Shown: one piece after another, positions 1-12,779 of the stretch
How positions within the stretch are numbered: the first letter of the stretch is position 1
Layout of the letters: each line of letters opens with the position of its first letter
From: Squalus acanthias
Lineage: Eukaryota
Direction: 5' to 3'
Length of the DNA stretch: 64,000 nucleotides
NCBI GenBank assembly: GCA_030390025.1
Contig: CM059429.1
Span: 131,936,001 to 132,000,000 of the forward strand
The notes under the pieces: model-generated
What the model was told of the DNA's origin: nothing
Databases searched by the model: none
Seen by the model: the letters and a program-made list of their open reading frames with translations, nothing else
Program-made: the position numbers and the translations under genes

Positions 1-722
1 GACAACGTTGGCCGAGTCACATGAGTATGTACCATGTACCTGGTGGGTGGTGTCCTCACGTGTGATGATGGTATCTGTGTTGATGATCTGGCATGTCTTG
101 CAGAGGTTGCCGTGGCAGGGTTGTGTGGTGTCGTGGTCGCTGTTCTCCTGAAAGCTGGGTAATTTGCTGCGAACGATGGTCTGTTTGAGGTTAGGCGGCT
201 GTTTGAAGGAGAGTAGTGGGGGCGTGGGGATGGCCTTAGCGAGGTGTTCGTCGTCATCGATGACATGTTGAAGGCTGCGAAGAACATGGCGTAGTTTCTC
301 CGCTCCGGGTAAGTACTGGACGACGTAGGGTACTCTGTTGGTTGTGTCCCGTGTTTGTCTTCTGAGGAGGTCTATGCGATTTTTCGCTGTGGCCCGTCGG
401 AACTGTCGATCGACGAGTCGAGCGTCATATCCCGTTCTTACGAGGGCGTCTTTCAGCATCTGTAGGTGTCCATCGCGTTCCTCCTCGTCTGAGCAGATCC
501 TGTGTATTCGCAGGGCTTGTCCATAGGGGATGGCTTCTTTAACGTGGTTAGGGTGGAAGCTGGAGAAGTGGAGCATCGTGAGGTTGTCCGTGGGCTTGCG
601 GTAGAGTGAAGTGCTGAGGTGTCCGTCTTTGATGGAGATTCGTGTGTCCAAGAATGAAACCGATTCTGAGGAGTAGTCCATGGTGAGTTTGATGGTGGGA
701 TGGAACTTGTTGATGTTATCGT
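1..722 (-). mobile_element. Penelope-like retroelement, 5'-truncated (RT C-terminal region and Cys-rich linker towards GIY-YIG); runs off the left edge
   Basis: The minus frame is open to the window edge: ...NKFHPTIKLTMDYSSESVSFLDTRISIKDGHLSTSLYRKPTD...AIPYGQALRIHRICS...PCHGNLCKTC...TYSCDSANVV. These are typical PLE motifs. Confidence 0.9.
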
Positions 723-850
723 ACTTCACCTGACAAAGGAGCAGCGCTCCGAAAGCTTGTGATTTCAAATAAAGCTGTTGGACTATAACCTGGTGTTGTG
801 CGACTTCTCACATTTGTCCACCCCAGTCCAACACCGGCATCTCCACATAA
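723..850 (+). mobile_element. Inverted Penelope pseudo-LTR carrying a minimal hammerhead ribozyme motif
   Basis: TCAC-CTGACAA-AGGAGC-AGC-GCTCC-GAAA-GC-TT-GTGA at ~726-762 (stem I TCAC/GTGA; one substitution in the CTGAnGA core), followed by AATAAA. It abuts the truncated PLE in opposite orientation. Confidence 0.75.
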
Positions 851-2049
851 TGACATAATAGATATTATTAATGACATAATCGATATTAAGCAATCAGCAA
901 GGGTTGTTGTCTTATAGGTTGATCAATCATGAAGCTATAAAGTTTCATGAAAATTAAGAAATCATTTTTTGAGATCTTAAATACATTTAAGAAAACTTTA
1001 CAAGCGTAATTGTGTAGCTTTAGAAGGTTATTTCTGATACTGGCTGTGTTATGCAGTAGCGAGAAATGGTGGTATAGGTTTCCTCCAGTATTCATTGATG
1101 CTTAACTGGGGATATCGTGATATGTTCTAGTATGCTGTATTCAACCACAGACTATAAGGGTGGGGCGTTATGAAACATTTTGGTTCAAAAATAAAATAAA
1201 CATGGAGGCTCATCCTTTGTTCAAACTACATATTCTCCATTTGAACGTACCACATTCACACTTGTCTGATTGATTGTTTTTTTAAAATAGCATGTTATTA
1301 CTTGTGTATATACTGTTTATTCAATTATTTGTGAACCGATTGTGTTCCATTTATTTTCACACCAATGGTAGCAAAACGTGAGTATCACCCATCAGCTTCA
1401 TTCATATTTCCAAAAAGCTTATTAAAATTACTAATGCAGCATGATTACACACGTAGAATATTTGTGAATTTCCTCAAAGGAAAAATATTCACAGAACGGT
1501 ATAGCAGACTGCAATACTTCAACTGTGGGATTTGAACAACTTTACATCTGTTGAGGTTTCGACATTCCAAGAATAGTTATAATTCATTCGTGTACGTTCA
1601 TAAAAATGACATATGGTGAAACAGAAATAAAAAATTTTGTTTCTGATTAATGCAGTATAAAGATACATTTTTCAGAACTTTCTGGAACTAATTCTAATCA
1701 TTGAATCATGACGATTATTTTCCACTTGTGAAAACAGCGTTGCTGGAAGTACACATCCACTATATGATCTTAGAAACAGCGGGATTTCAGCCACATGATA
1801 ACAATCATCAAAAACAGTTGCCGTTCAGCGTATGAATGAAGCAGCACTGTTTCCTAAAGTTTGCTTCATTTGCAGCATGCTTAGTTTGCTGAACCAAATC
1901 TTAAAATTAATCAAACTCTATTCATTGATGCTCAAACTCTTGTATTGTGTTCATAATTACACATTGCAGCAAGCTCATAAATGCTATTAATACTATTGTT
2001 TTGAGGTTCTGTACGCTTTTCTCAATATAACTATTGTGGCTTGCCGTCT

Positions 2050-2226
2050 TTAGCTTTCCATTCCTTCCCTTCCCCCTCTCTCTTGTCCTTTTCTTCCCTC
2101 TTTGTTCCCTTTTCTCATTCCCTCCTGCCCTTCCTTCTCTCACTCACTCTCTCTTCCTCTCATTTCATTTCTGTTTCTTTCTTTCTCTTTTCCCTCTCTG
2201 GTTCTCTCTAGTCCTTTCCTTTTCAG
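2050..2226 (+). repeat. Pyrimidine-rich (CT) low-complexity tract
   Basis: About 175 nt of mostly C/T. Confidence 0.8.
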
Positions 2227-3055
2227 CGGGCCTGCTGACAGTGTTGATGATGACATGGAACAGGGCTGCTCGATGGGGCCACAAGGAAAACAGGAGAAGT
2301 GGGAGGGATCTGGCCTGGGCCACCACAGCAGCATGGGGCCTACAGCCCTGACTTTGTGAGGTTGCAAATGGGGTAAACATTTTTTTAAAGAATTAACCAC
2401 CTGAAGGAAGGCACTTGCTCTGGTTAACACAAACTGTTGTCAATCAGAAAGACCTTTCAGCCAGTCCTCCTAATCTTTCTCTGCCTGGCTCAGTGTCCTT
2501 ACACCCATCTCCTCTGAATCGTGGGGCATTTCATTACTTTGAAGCCACTATACAAATTCATGTTATTGTTGCTGGGTACTCAAATTTTCAATATAAATGC
2601 TAGTAATTTTATTGCAACAGTCCTCCATTAGCTACATGGCAAAATAACTTGGGCAGTGGAATTTTTTCACAATCAATTGAGTTTCATTATATTCAATTTC
2701 ATTATATACTAGACCCAATGTATGCAATATTTATCACAGATATGAGGTTACTTAACTATGAAAAATATATTTTCTATATTTTTACAATATGACTAAGAAA
2801 ACTACTGTCATGTCAGAATTTCATGCTAATGTTATGAACATGAAAGACAAAAATAAACAAATAATGATAAATGTAAAAATGTGATAAAGAACCTATCGTA
2901 TGGGTCTGGTATCATATGAATATGGTTATTTTCACAAATGAACGGAGCTAAATTGGCTGTTAACGGCACTGCACCTCCAATGATTAATCATGTCACTTCA
3001 CTTATGAAAATAGTTACTTTTTTTTCCATACCCCACCCAACTTGCTTTACTTGAT

Positions 3056-3759
3056 GGGCCAGAATTTGCTGGCAAAATAACGGCCGGTTAAAGGTGCACG
3101 CCGTTATTAGGTGTGTAAAAAATCCAGCAATTTGTGGCGAGAAAGAGATATGTAGTGAGTTGTGAATCACCACAAATTGCTGGATGATTTGCGCCGCTCC
3201 TAAGTTATCCTTGCAAAATACCGGATCTCGCCATTAATCTACCCATGAGTTTCAGGAAATTACTGGATTTGCTCCTTAAATACGAATTAAACTCGCTGCA
3301 GAAAGTATTTCATGACATAAAGGACCCTTTTAATGGTGAGATTTATGTTCCTGCAATGCCACTCAACCTCAAAAGCCCAGAATGGGTACATTGGAAACTA
3401 TGGAGTCTCATTTCTGCAGGTAATAAATTGTTCATACAGAATTTTGAATTTTTAAATTTTAAATTTTTTTTCTTACTTTTCCTGTCTCTTTTCTCTTTCT
3501 CTTAATCCAATCTTCCTTTCCCTCTCTTTCTGTATCTAATTTGACTCTAATTCACCCAATTTTCTTCTGTTTCATTTCCTATCCTTAAATTTCATTGGTT
3601 CAGCAGATAGACTATTGGTCCCATTGTTCGCCAAGGTCCCAGATGCCCAGTTATCAACTCGCAGTTCCAGCGCAAAATTAATTGAAACTGAAGGGTGAGG
3701 AATAAAATCCAACTTGTGGCATTCACTTCGAAATGCCCAGCTTCAGCAAATTCTGGGCC
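3056..3759. mobile_element. Non-autonomous PIF/Harbinger-like MITE
   Basis: TIRs GGGCCAGAATTTGCTG / CAGCAAATTCTGGGCC; 3-bp flanks GAT/AAT; no coding capacity. Confidence 0.75.
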
Positions 3760-5174
3760 AATATTATCTTACTCAGAATTCTGATAAGAACTTTTAGAAG
3801 AGGTAATCTGCTTTTCCAAATATTAATAGCTTTAACTATGTCTCTGCATGTAATATCTGTACTTTCAATATACAGAATGAAAACCGAGGTATGTACTGTA
3901 ATAATATACTTCACTCATACATGGGATTGTACCAAGTCTCTCACAACTATCATGCACACACTCGACTCAATCAATTGCTGCCATGTCCTGGCTCTTCCTC
4001 ATTGTGTTCTTGGTCCGATGAAATCTGAAAGTTTTCTTTGTTCTCTCTCTTCAAACAAGTCTTCATGGTCGTCACAAAACAATGGTTTATTGTAATGACA
4101 TTTTGATGATTTAATCTTTAAAATAGATTTTTCTCTAGCTGTGAGAAGAACAAAATCATTGTTTTGATACCGAAATTGCACCAAGAATCAGGCATGTGTC
4201 CTTGGTGGGAGACAGCTCATAGACTGGATTTATTTTTACATGAGATTTGGATACACCACCCAACAAGCTGGCATGAGCAGATGAAACCTAAGCAACAGCA
4301 TGCATGTTGAACTGCTAAGCTTTATGGTAAGACACTGTGACTGCAGAGGTGTGCATTAATTAGCTCCATTGGTGCTACTAGACTAGGTTGGTACATTCGC
4401 ATAATACTTCATTTTTGTTTTTAAAAAGCATACTCGTGTTATCAATATTATGAATATTTATTACAGAATGTAATGCTATATCTAAAAAGGCACTTACCTC
4501 TTAAGTTCAAGACCCTGTTTGGTTGATCTCCCTAGGATTAGACTGCATTCCAAAATATATTTTAATGGTAATTTTACATTAAGTCATGCTTGCATACTAA
4601 AAGCTGCCAAACAAATTAATCGCTGTTCGAATGGTCATGCTGTGATCTATCACAGCAATTGGATGTTAAAACATTGCCTCTTTTCCAAAAGCAATGTTAA
4701 AACAATCATACTGGCAAGTTGTGCACAAAATCATCAGTCTATATTACCATTCAGACAACTGGATGCCCAAAGACCAATTTAATACAAATTATTAGTCTCT
4801 ATGTTAACATGCACAGATACCTTGCATGTCAGTTTACTATTGTACCCCTCAAACTTCATGTTATTTGAAATATATATAACCCCCAGTGCATTATTTAATA
4901 TGATCAGACATCTATGTCGCTAAATTGTGGAGGCCTGGTCTCAAATAAAAAAATGTTGAGAAAGGGATATTACAATCATTCTACATTGGTTAATAACTTT
5001 TTAAAATATAATTTTAAGGATAGTCTCTGTGCACCCTTCTATATTGTATATTGTAGTATTAATGTTGCCCTATGTTTAAGTCAATTTTATAAATGGTCCT
5101 TTTAAAATAAATATTTTAATGTTTCCTTACCCTATGACTAGATGGTGTATGAAACCACTTCTGCAGCTAGGGAT

Positions 5175-5600
5175 CAACTATCACTCCTGTGCTCATTGAC
5201 CTACATTGGTTTCCAGTTAAGCAACGTCTCGATTCTCATCCTTATCATCAAATTCTTCTATGGCCTCACCCCTCCCTATCGCTGTAATCTCTTCCAGCCC
5301 TACAACCTTCCAAGATATCTGTGCTCCTCCAATTCTGGCCTCTTGAGCATCCCCGATTTTAATCGCTCAACTATCGGTGGCCGGGCCTTCTGTTGCCAAG
5401 GCCTTAAGTTCTGGAATTCCCTTCCTAAACCTCTCCGCCTCTCTACCTCCTTTAAGACGCTCCTTAAAACCTTCCTCTTCTGCCCGAATATCTCCTTATC
5501 TGGCTCAGTCTCAAATTTTGTTTGATAACGCTCCTGTGAAGCGCCTTAGGACATTTTACTAGGTTAAAGGCAGTATATAAATACAAGTTGTTGTTGTTGA
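5175..5600 (+). mobile_element. L2-type LINE 3' fragment
   Basis: ...RSTIGGRAFCCQGLKFWNSLPKPLRLSTSFKTLLKT...; ends in a (GTT)n tail. Confidence 0.85.
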
Positions 5601-6286
5601 TACTACTCTGGGAAATTTAAGATTGTGACTTATGTGTTGTAAAATTGCTTTTGTTAGTACATATTCTAATCCAGTTTCATGACATGAAAGTATATCATCT
5701 TACATTGGTCTCAACTGGCATGACACACAGTTATCTGCTCCATCAACCCAGAATCTTCATAACCCTTCCATACAGGAGAGGATAGGATAGTATTCCTAAC
5801 TACTTGATTCTATTCTAATCACCAATTGAGCTGGTAAACAGGCCATGTTTCCTCCATGTTTTTTGATGTCTATCCTAATTCTTTTGTTGGGCAGAAGGAG
5901 ACTGATGGGACTACTGTAAATTAAAATATATCTAAGTTTCTCTTGTATGTAGGTTTGATACCTTAAGCAATGCTCCTGACAAATGCTGGTAAGTAGTTTG
6001 AGGTATCATACCACATAGAGGCACATGTTCATGGTTTTTAAAATGTCCTGTAATTCATAGTTAACCGACTGCAAGAAAGAAAATTGAATACTGTATTAGA
6101 TGCCAATAATGTGGAATTAAATGGGTCTTTCGTTATTAACTTGAGAAATTTGGTGAGCTTTTCAGCTCTGACAGCAGCCAAACTCAAGTCAGTCAGTGCA
6201 CACTAGAACCAGTATGATTGCTGTGAACTGAAAAGGACTCAACTCCTTCCAACAGTTACTTATTAACATGTGGATAAACCATTCAC

Positions 6287-6358
6287 CTTGATATCTAGCG
6301 TAACGTGCTTCATTTGCATAAACATCTTCATCATCTTCTAGTGGTGTGTATCCAGATC
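6287..6358 (-). CDS. SRPX: SRPX exon 2 (72 nt, phase 1/1): (G)SGYTPLEDDEDVYANEARYARYQ
   Basis: Acceptor tttctattttgtgttgtag, donor AAG|gtgaat. The peptide resembles the remembered human SRPX N-terminus GSGDSPLEDDEVGYSHPRYKD and is in phase with the exon at 39188-39254. Confidence 0.88.
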
Positions 6359-6443
6359 CTACAACACAAAATAGAAACTAAAACTGGACAAACCAATCTT
6401 GTTAGCAACAGTATGCATAATTACAAGCATAAGTGAAAGAATG

Positions 6444-6545
6444 AACGTGCATTTATATGGTGCTTTTTATGGCCTCGGAATATCCAAAAATCGTTTCATA
6501 GCCAATGAATTACTTCTGAAGTGTAGTTATTGTAGGCAAACATGA
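6444..6545 (-). mobile_element. Deu-domain SINE 3' tail fragment
   Basis: Degenerate match to the tail of the SINE copies at 11495 and 38047. Confidence 0.55.
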
Positions 6546-6904
6546 TGCAGGACTGAACTAGGCATTCTCTCCCACCTCTGCTGCTTGCTCAGTTAAAGCA
6601 GCTGAATTGTAGTCAACATGTTGCTGTGTTTTAAAGTGTAACAATCTAATGAACTGTAATCAAAGGACTGACTATTAAGTTTATTTATGTACTTCAAAGC
6701 TGCGATCAGTGATTTTATTAAAATGCAATAAGTGACAACAGTGTACTGTTTGAAATACCTGAATTATGTTTAAACTTCAGCAGTCCAAAAATAAATTATG
6801 TTACAGCAGCACAATGAGTTTAAAACATAATGCATGGCTTCAAAATACACTCAAGCATTATTAGTGCCAAAATAAATGCTGTGGTCAGCTGTTTGTTAGC
6901 ACCA

Positions 6905-7195
6905 TCAGTATTAATGCTGTGCATTGTCTGAACTGTAGAGAGTGTTAGCATTGCTTGTTACCCAAGATTAGGAGAGTATTATCACTGTGTGTTTTCTGAA
7001 CTGTGAGGATTGCTACCACTATGTGTTATCTAAGATCTAAGAGCGTCAGTGTATTGTCTGAGATTTGGGGGAACCCTAGGGAGTGTTAATACTGCATGTT
7101 GTTTGAGATCTGTGAGTATTAGGGCTATGTGTTATCTGAGATCTGGGCAGCATTAGTGCTAATTGTTGTCTGCAGCTATGTGCTGTCTGCATTAC
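6905..7195. repeat. Old degenerate tandem repeat (~30-35 bp unit)
   Basis: Recurrent agtgttag..ctgtgtgttgtctgagatct-like motif, about 8 times. Confidence 0.55.
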
Positions 7196-8217
7196 TATAC
7201 GTTGGCAACTATTTCAACGCTGTCAAGCACTGCTGGAAGACAGCTCTGCTGCCTTCAGTTTGACTGCCACTTACTGGATCAAATTACAGATTCCAGGCAG
7301 AAAGCTGGGTAAGTGGTATCAAAATACCTCCCCAAACTCTCTAGGCTGTCAGTAGTTCTGGGCACGGATGTTGTCTCTATATTCAACCGTATAATTTACC
7401 TCAATAAAGCTTCTGAAATTTGTTCCCTTGTATTTCAAAATGATTTAAAGAAAAGCTACTGAATAGTAAGTACTAAAATGTTAAAAACAAAATCCCATCA
7501 GTAAAGCTGACTGAACAGTACTGATGCATCCTGGGAAATTCGGTACCCTGCACGTGCTCAGACTACATGCAGCTCAGTCACAGCTCTGGGCTAAAATATC
7601 AAGTCTAAGCCAGGCTTTTGGGAGCATTTGAGGCCTTCAAGTAAAAACTTTAATGGAAGGATTAAAAGATAAAAAAGACAATTCAATGAGAAATGTAATC
7701 AAGTTATTATAAAATATGCATCTTTTTATTTTGCTAAAACCGTCATTTTGGTCACTAGAAATTTCAGTTACTGAGAAAAAAATAGCGGTTGAAAAAAACG
7801 TCAGAAAGCATTTTGAGCAATCTGTGGGAAACGAGTGACCAGACTATGCAATCTCATGGAAATATACTCTCACTATAAAATAGTGGCTAATGTGTGTCGT
7901 ACAAAGTTAAACATTGAAAATACCTATCACACAGACGTAATAAGTACTGCAGGTACATATAATGAATTTTCAATGTAACGCACATCCTATGTTATGAATT
8001 TAATATATAATAAACCTTGAAATTATACACTTCTCATAACTTAAACAGAACAAAATGCAACCAGTAAGTGGAGAGGTACAGCAATATTTCAAGCTTTTAT
8101 GAATGGAAATACCTTTGTGGTGATGCTGAAGTTTTACTTTGTAAATAGCAGATCTTTAGGAACTTATAACTGTTAAATTAGAAAAATACATTTCCTGGCA
8201 GCAGGTGGCAACATAAT

Positions 8218-8967
8218 GGCCCAGATTTTGCTCTCAGTGGTGAAGGAACAGCGCTCGCTGTTCACCTCGCTGACAACTGCCCACAGACTTTGAGCGCTTG
8301 TCAGCGGAGATTTCCAATAATCCGGTGTCTTTTCCAGCGCATCATCCTCTACAGGGGATCTGTGAAAAGGGCAAGTGAAGCTCTTCAACCAATCAGATTG
8401 AAATATCCTTACTGAGACACGCAGGGTCCAAAGCAGGAAGTATAAAGCATGAATTGTAAATTAGATTTAAATGATGTAGAGAAAGTGAAATAAAGATTGA
8501 GAAATACAGATGAGATTAAGGGGAGCTAAAAGAGGCAATTGGAAAAAGTAAAAAAAAAGTTTTTTTTTTAGATCTGTGGCATCAATTTTCTTCTGAGGGA
8601 ATGAGACTCCACACTTGTAAAATTAATTTTTTTTTTTTTTAGGGCCAGTGGTTGTTCAGCAGTAATTATCACGCTGTTAAAAACTCACTTACTCCTAAAT
8701 GCACCAGCCCTTTTTCAGCTGTCTTTAGTGCGGAACTAGTGGGTAAGTACCCCAAGTTCACGCCATTAGAGTGATTTCAGTATCGAGTCTATCGGAGAGG
8801 ACTGCAACAGCGCACCCTGTGGAGCAGCAGGGTATCTCTGAGAGCAACTTCTGGATTTCCGTGTTTAACTGCACGCATGTGAACATCAGAAGTTGCAGTC
8901 AGATTTACCCTGCAATAACATCGAGCGCCGATAGCCTCGTCATTGCTAGTACAGCAAAATCTGGGCC
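8218..8967. mobile_element. PIF/Harbinger-like MITE (same family as 62467-63216)
   Basis: TIRs GGCCCAGATTTTGCT / AGCAAAATCTGGGCC; exact 3-bp TSD AAT. Confidence 0.85.
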
Positions 8968-11494
8968 AATATAAATTTGCCATTTGCCATATTAGGTTTA
9001 CCTGAATAAATTCATTATAATTATCACACTTCAACTCGACATAGTAAGTAAACCATGCATTGACATTTCTATAAACATTCAAGATCAACAAATCCACTGC
9101 AACCCAATATGTAATATTTTATCATTTCTCATTAATAAATCTATATACATCCAATTTTTGAAGCTTTAGGAAACATGTGTGTGTGAGGCATTCAGGAGAG
9201 TGCTAATAATATAGTTCTGGGATAGATTTATTCATAATATACAGTTTGAAAGTGCACTGGAAGATCTGTCGACAAATATCTTTTTAAATCAGAGTCCAAC
9301 AGCCAACCAGCTCAAATGATATAAAAATAACAAGTGACTGAAGCCAAATTACTTATGATCTCTTCTGATCCAACAAAGCAATCACATCTATCTAACTGCT
9401 GCCAGTCACTCTATCCAAGAAAACCATTTTCATGTTGCTCCTGAGTAAGATAGCCAAAAACGCATCATTATGCTTTCACATTCAACTTTAGTTTTACTGT
9501 AAGATTAGGTATTAAGTGCCTATGTGTCAAAAATCTGACAACTTCTAGGCATCGATACAATTGAAGAACAATGTGCACTGTACTTCCTTGATCAAGGAGG
9601 GTTTAAGTTAAAATGACTTCAAGATTTGGGTCTGAATACAGGCCAGTTAGAGATGAACAATCCCGTTGTATTTCATACATCCAGTTTGTTTGGACCAAAA
9701 TTGACACAGGATCTGTTAACCAGAAGCCAGGACCAATTATTGAAGTCACTTCCAATATTAGAACTAAGTGGGAAAATATAATTGTTCTTAGCCCAACAAT
9801 AGGAAATCTTTAATTCGACTATTGTCTGTACTACTATATGCAATAATATCTGCTGCATTATAGTTACCTCTACTAAAATGCCACTTCTGGTTAAAATTGC
9901 AACCATTGCTTTTGCTTACTATCTGTACTGAAGTGGGGCTTTTGGCAAGAAAGTGTAAGTGCATCTAAAGATATTTGCATAAGTTTACATGTTAATGCCG
10001 AACCTGACTCTGAAGTGAGGTAGAGATGACCACCTCCAGGGAATTGAAAACCCTGGAATCATTTGAGAAACAACTGAATGCTTCAGGATTTTTATGGAAC
10101 GATTAGTAAGATGGGATGAATAGTTTGCCTCATCTATAATTATTCTGTGATCAACCTCTTAGGTAATACACCATCCGAACAATGAATACTCAGAACTGAG
10201 ATTTGAAACAAGGGCTAGATGATGGAGCAAACTGCTAACATTGATTGATCTTTACTTATTTCTATGTCATCCAATATAATAAAAATATGATACATAGGCT
10301 GTGCAGTTGCTATCCATTATGCTTCAACTATTACACTCAAATGTTTGTGTGCCACAGGAGCCAGGATGTCTAATCTATGACTGCCTGTACCAATCGTACT
10401 TTAAAAAAAAAGAAATCTAGTACCTTTATCCAGCATACTTTGGGAAAATAGCTAAGCTAGGAAAGAAAAGGCTCCTGGGTGTTTACGACTAAAAATCTGC
10501 TAGTACAGCAGTTTGAAACCGCCAACCCAGCAGCTTACACAAGATAGGGATGTCTGTTTTGTTTTTCGTTCAAGGTCTGCTCTCTGTACATCTTGTGATT
10601 GCCGGCCTTGTGGCTGTAAGGATCCATTGTATTGTTGGGTGAGATCATCATACCTCCAGGCCCAGTAAAATGGTACTGCAGTAAGATTGAAGGAGGGGGT
10701 GGGAAATTGTGCCAAACATACATTCAAACCCAATACAAGGAAAGCCAAGCACCACAGTCAGCAGAGGTCTCAGGGCATTTTGTGATGCCAGCGCGATTGA
10801 TAGGAGGAAGACTGATCACCTTTGCATCCTAGGCACAGATATTGAGGTTGTACTGTTGTATGTTAAGCATTGCTTGTAATTGGTAGTGACATTTATGTTT
10901 TAGTGTATTGCTTATAATTACTAGTAACATTTACATTTAAGTAGGTTAATAAAACTATCTCATCGAGTCCAGTGGCCAAACACTTCTTGTAAATCGATAC
11001 CAAGTGGGCAAGTAAGATTAAACTAGTACACTAAACCACCCCACAATTTCCTATCCATTATACTTCAACTTTTTGTTTGAAAAAATGAGCCAGGATGTCT
11101 GTAATCGATGACTGCCAGTACCAATCATACTTTTTTTTTTAAAAGCTATGTACCTACTAGCCTGAGGAGCACTTGAACTCTGACCTCACCTGGTGTTTAC
11201 TTAACAGTAATTAGTCTTTGCAACCACATAGAGATACATGTTTTAATTAGCAGCAGAATAATATTGGGAATAACATGATATAATGCTCCTATCTTTATAA
11301 AACAGTGTACCATCTGACTTAACATGAGCAATGCCATGGAGATCCACTTTGCTCTTAAAAGTTTGTCATAGATGGTTTAAAACTAATAAATCTGACCCTT
11401 TTGCAACTTGCAAAGGTCCAGACTTCTAGGAATTAAATAATTGTCATCCGAGCTTTCCAGAGTAATTTACTATTGATTGGAGTGTGACAATTGG

Positions 11495-11830
11495 AAAGAA
11501 AGACTTGCATTTATACAGCGTCTTTCATGACTTCAGAATGTCCCAAAAGCCAATGAAGTACCTTTGAAGTGTAGTCACTGTTACAATGTAGGAAATACGG
11601 CTGCCAATTTTGCGTACAGCAAAGTCCCACAAACAGCAACGAGATAATGACAAGATAATCTGTTTTTTTGTCTAAGTGATGTTTGTTGAGGGATAAATAT
11701 TGGTCAGGATACTGGGGAGAACTCCCCTGCTCTTCTTCGAAATAGTGCCAGATGAGGACTCAGTTTAACATCTCATTCGAAAGATGACACCTCCAACAGT
11801 GCGGCCTTCCTCGTTACTGCACTGGAGTAT
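11495..11830 (-). mobile_element. Deu-domain SINE (SacSINE1/AmnSINE-like) with L2-like tail
   Basis: Reverse complement of the copy at 38047-38397 (ggcactatttcgaagaagagcaggggagttctcccc). Confidence 0.8.
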
Positions 11831-12779
11831 GTACTGAAGATTCAGAATTTTTTTTAAAATATTAAAAATGTATCAGCAGAAATAAATCATATAATTCACT
11901 GTAGCTGTCAGTGGGTTTTTTTTTTAAAGCATACTGACAGTGAAACACATTTAGGGACTAAACACACATATAATCATGAAATCATACCACTTCTGCAATT
12001 GTTTAATGTATCTGACTACTTTATGGATTATGTCAATGTTTGATACCTATTCAGTTGCCAAATTTGGTTTGTATAGTCTTATTTCTAAGCGTACTAGATA
12101 AACCAGAGGTGTAAACATGTGCATAGATCAGAACAAAACACAGTAGGAACAGTTCCAGGATTTGGAGACGGGGAAGAGGGAGCTATAACTCATGTCAATA
12201 AATCTAGGGGATGAGGGACATGTTCCCCTCATCTACGCAGTAATTGTGCCTACAGTAGAGACATATTAGGTCCTTAATACAATACAAATATAAACAATTG
12301 CTGATAAGGTGTTGAGAAATATAAAAGTTAGCATTCATTATACAGCGTCACTCTCCAAAGAGACATTTCACCCATTAAGCTTAGTATTCCAAAGCCAAGG
12401 CCAGCCACTACAAGCTGTTGTTCAAATGACTTTTTCCCAAACTTAATGTATTGATTTCAGCTTAAAAATATTTACACGGGCAGCTGTTTTTCCTTCTATG
12501 GCCAAAACAGTGTGAAGATTTGTTTAGTATTAAATTATTTCAGACATCACTGTTAAAATGAGTTATAACCCTGTTCTCATGGCAGATGAAATGATCTTCA
12601 GGGATTAGTGTGTGTAATCCACACAAACTTCTATCTGACACTGAATGTCAGATTTCATATCGGCATCAACGGATTCTGTTGTTGGGGGTCACACAGTGCC
12701 TGGCATCTGGGGCATCAATCCAAAAATACATTTCAGCCGCAATCTAATGGTGTGGAGACAAGGATGTCCAGAAAATATT

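Noticed and set aside
2227-2355. Plus-strand 129-nt exon-like segment after a long pyrimidine tract
   Set aside because: No partner exons or recognisable protein, weak donor, and it contains a CAGGGCTG...CAGCCCTG inverted pair suggestive of a decayed MITE.
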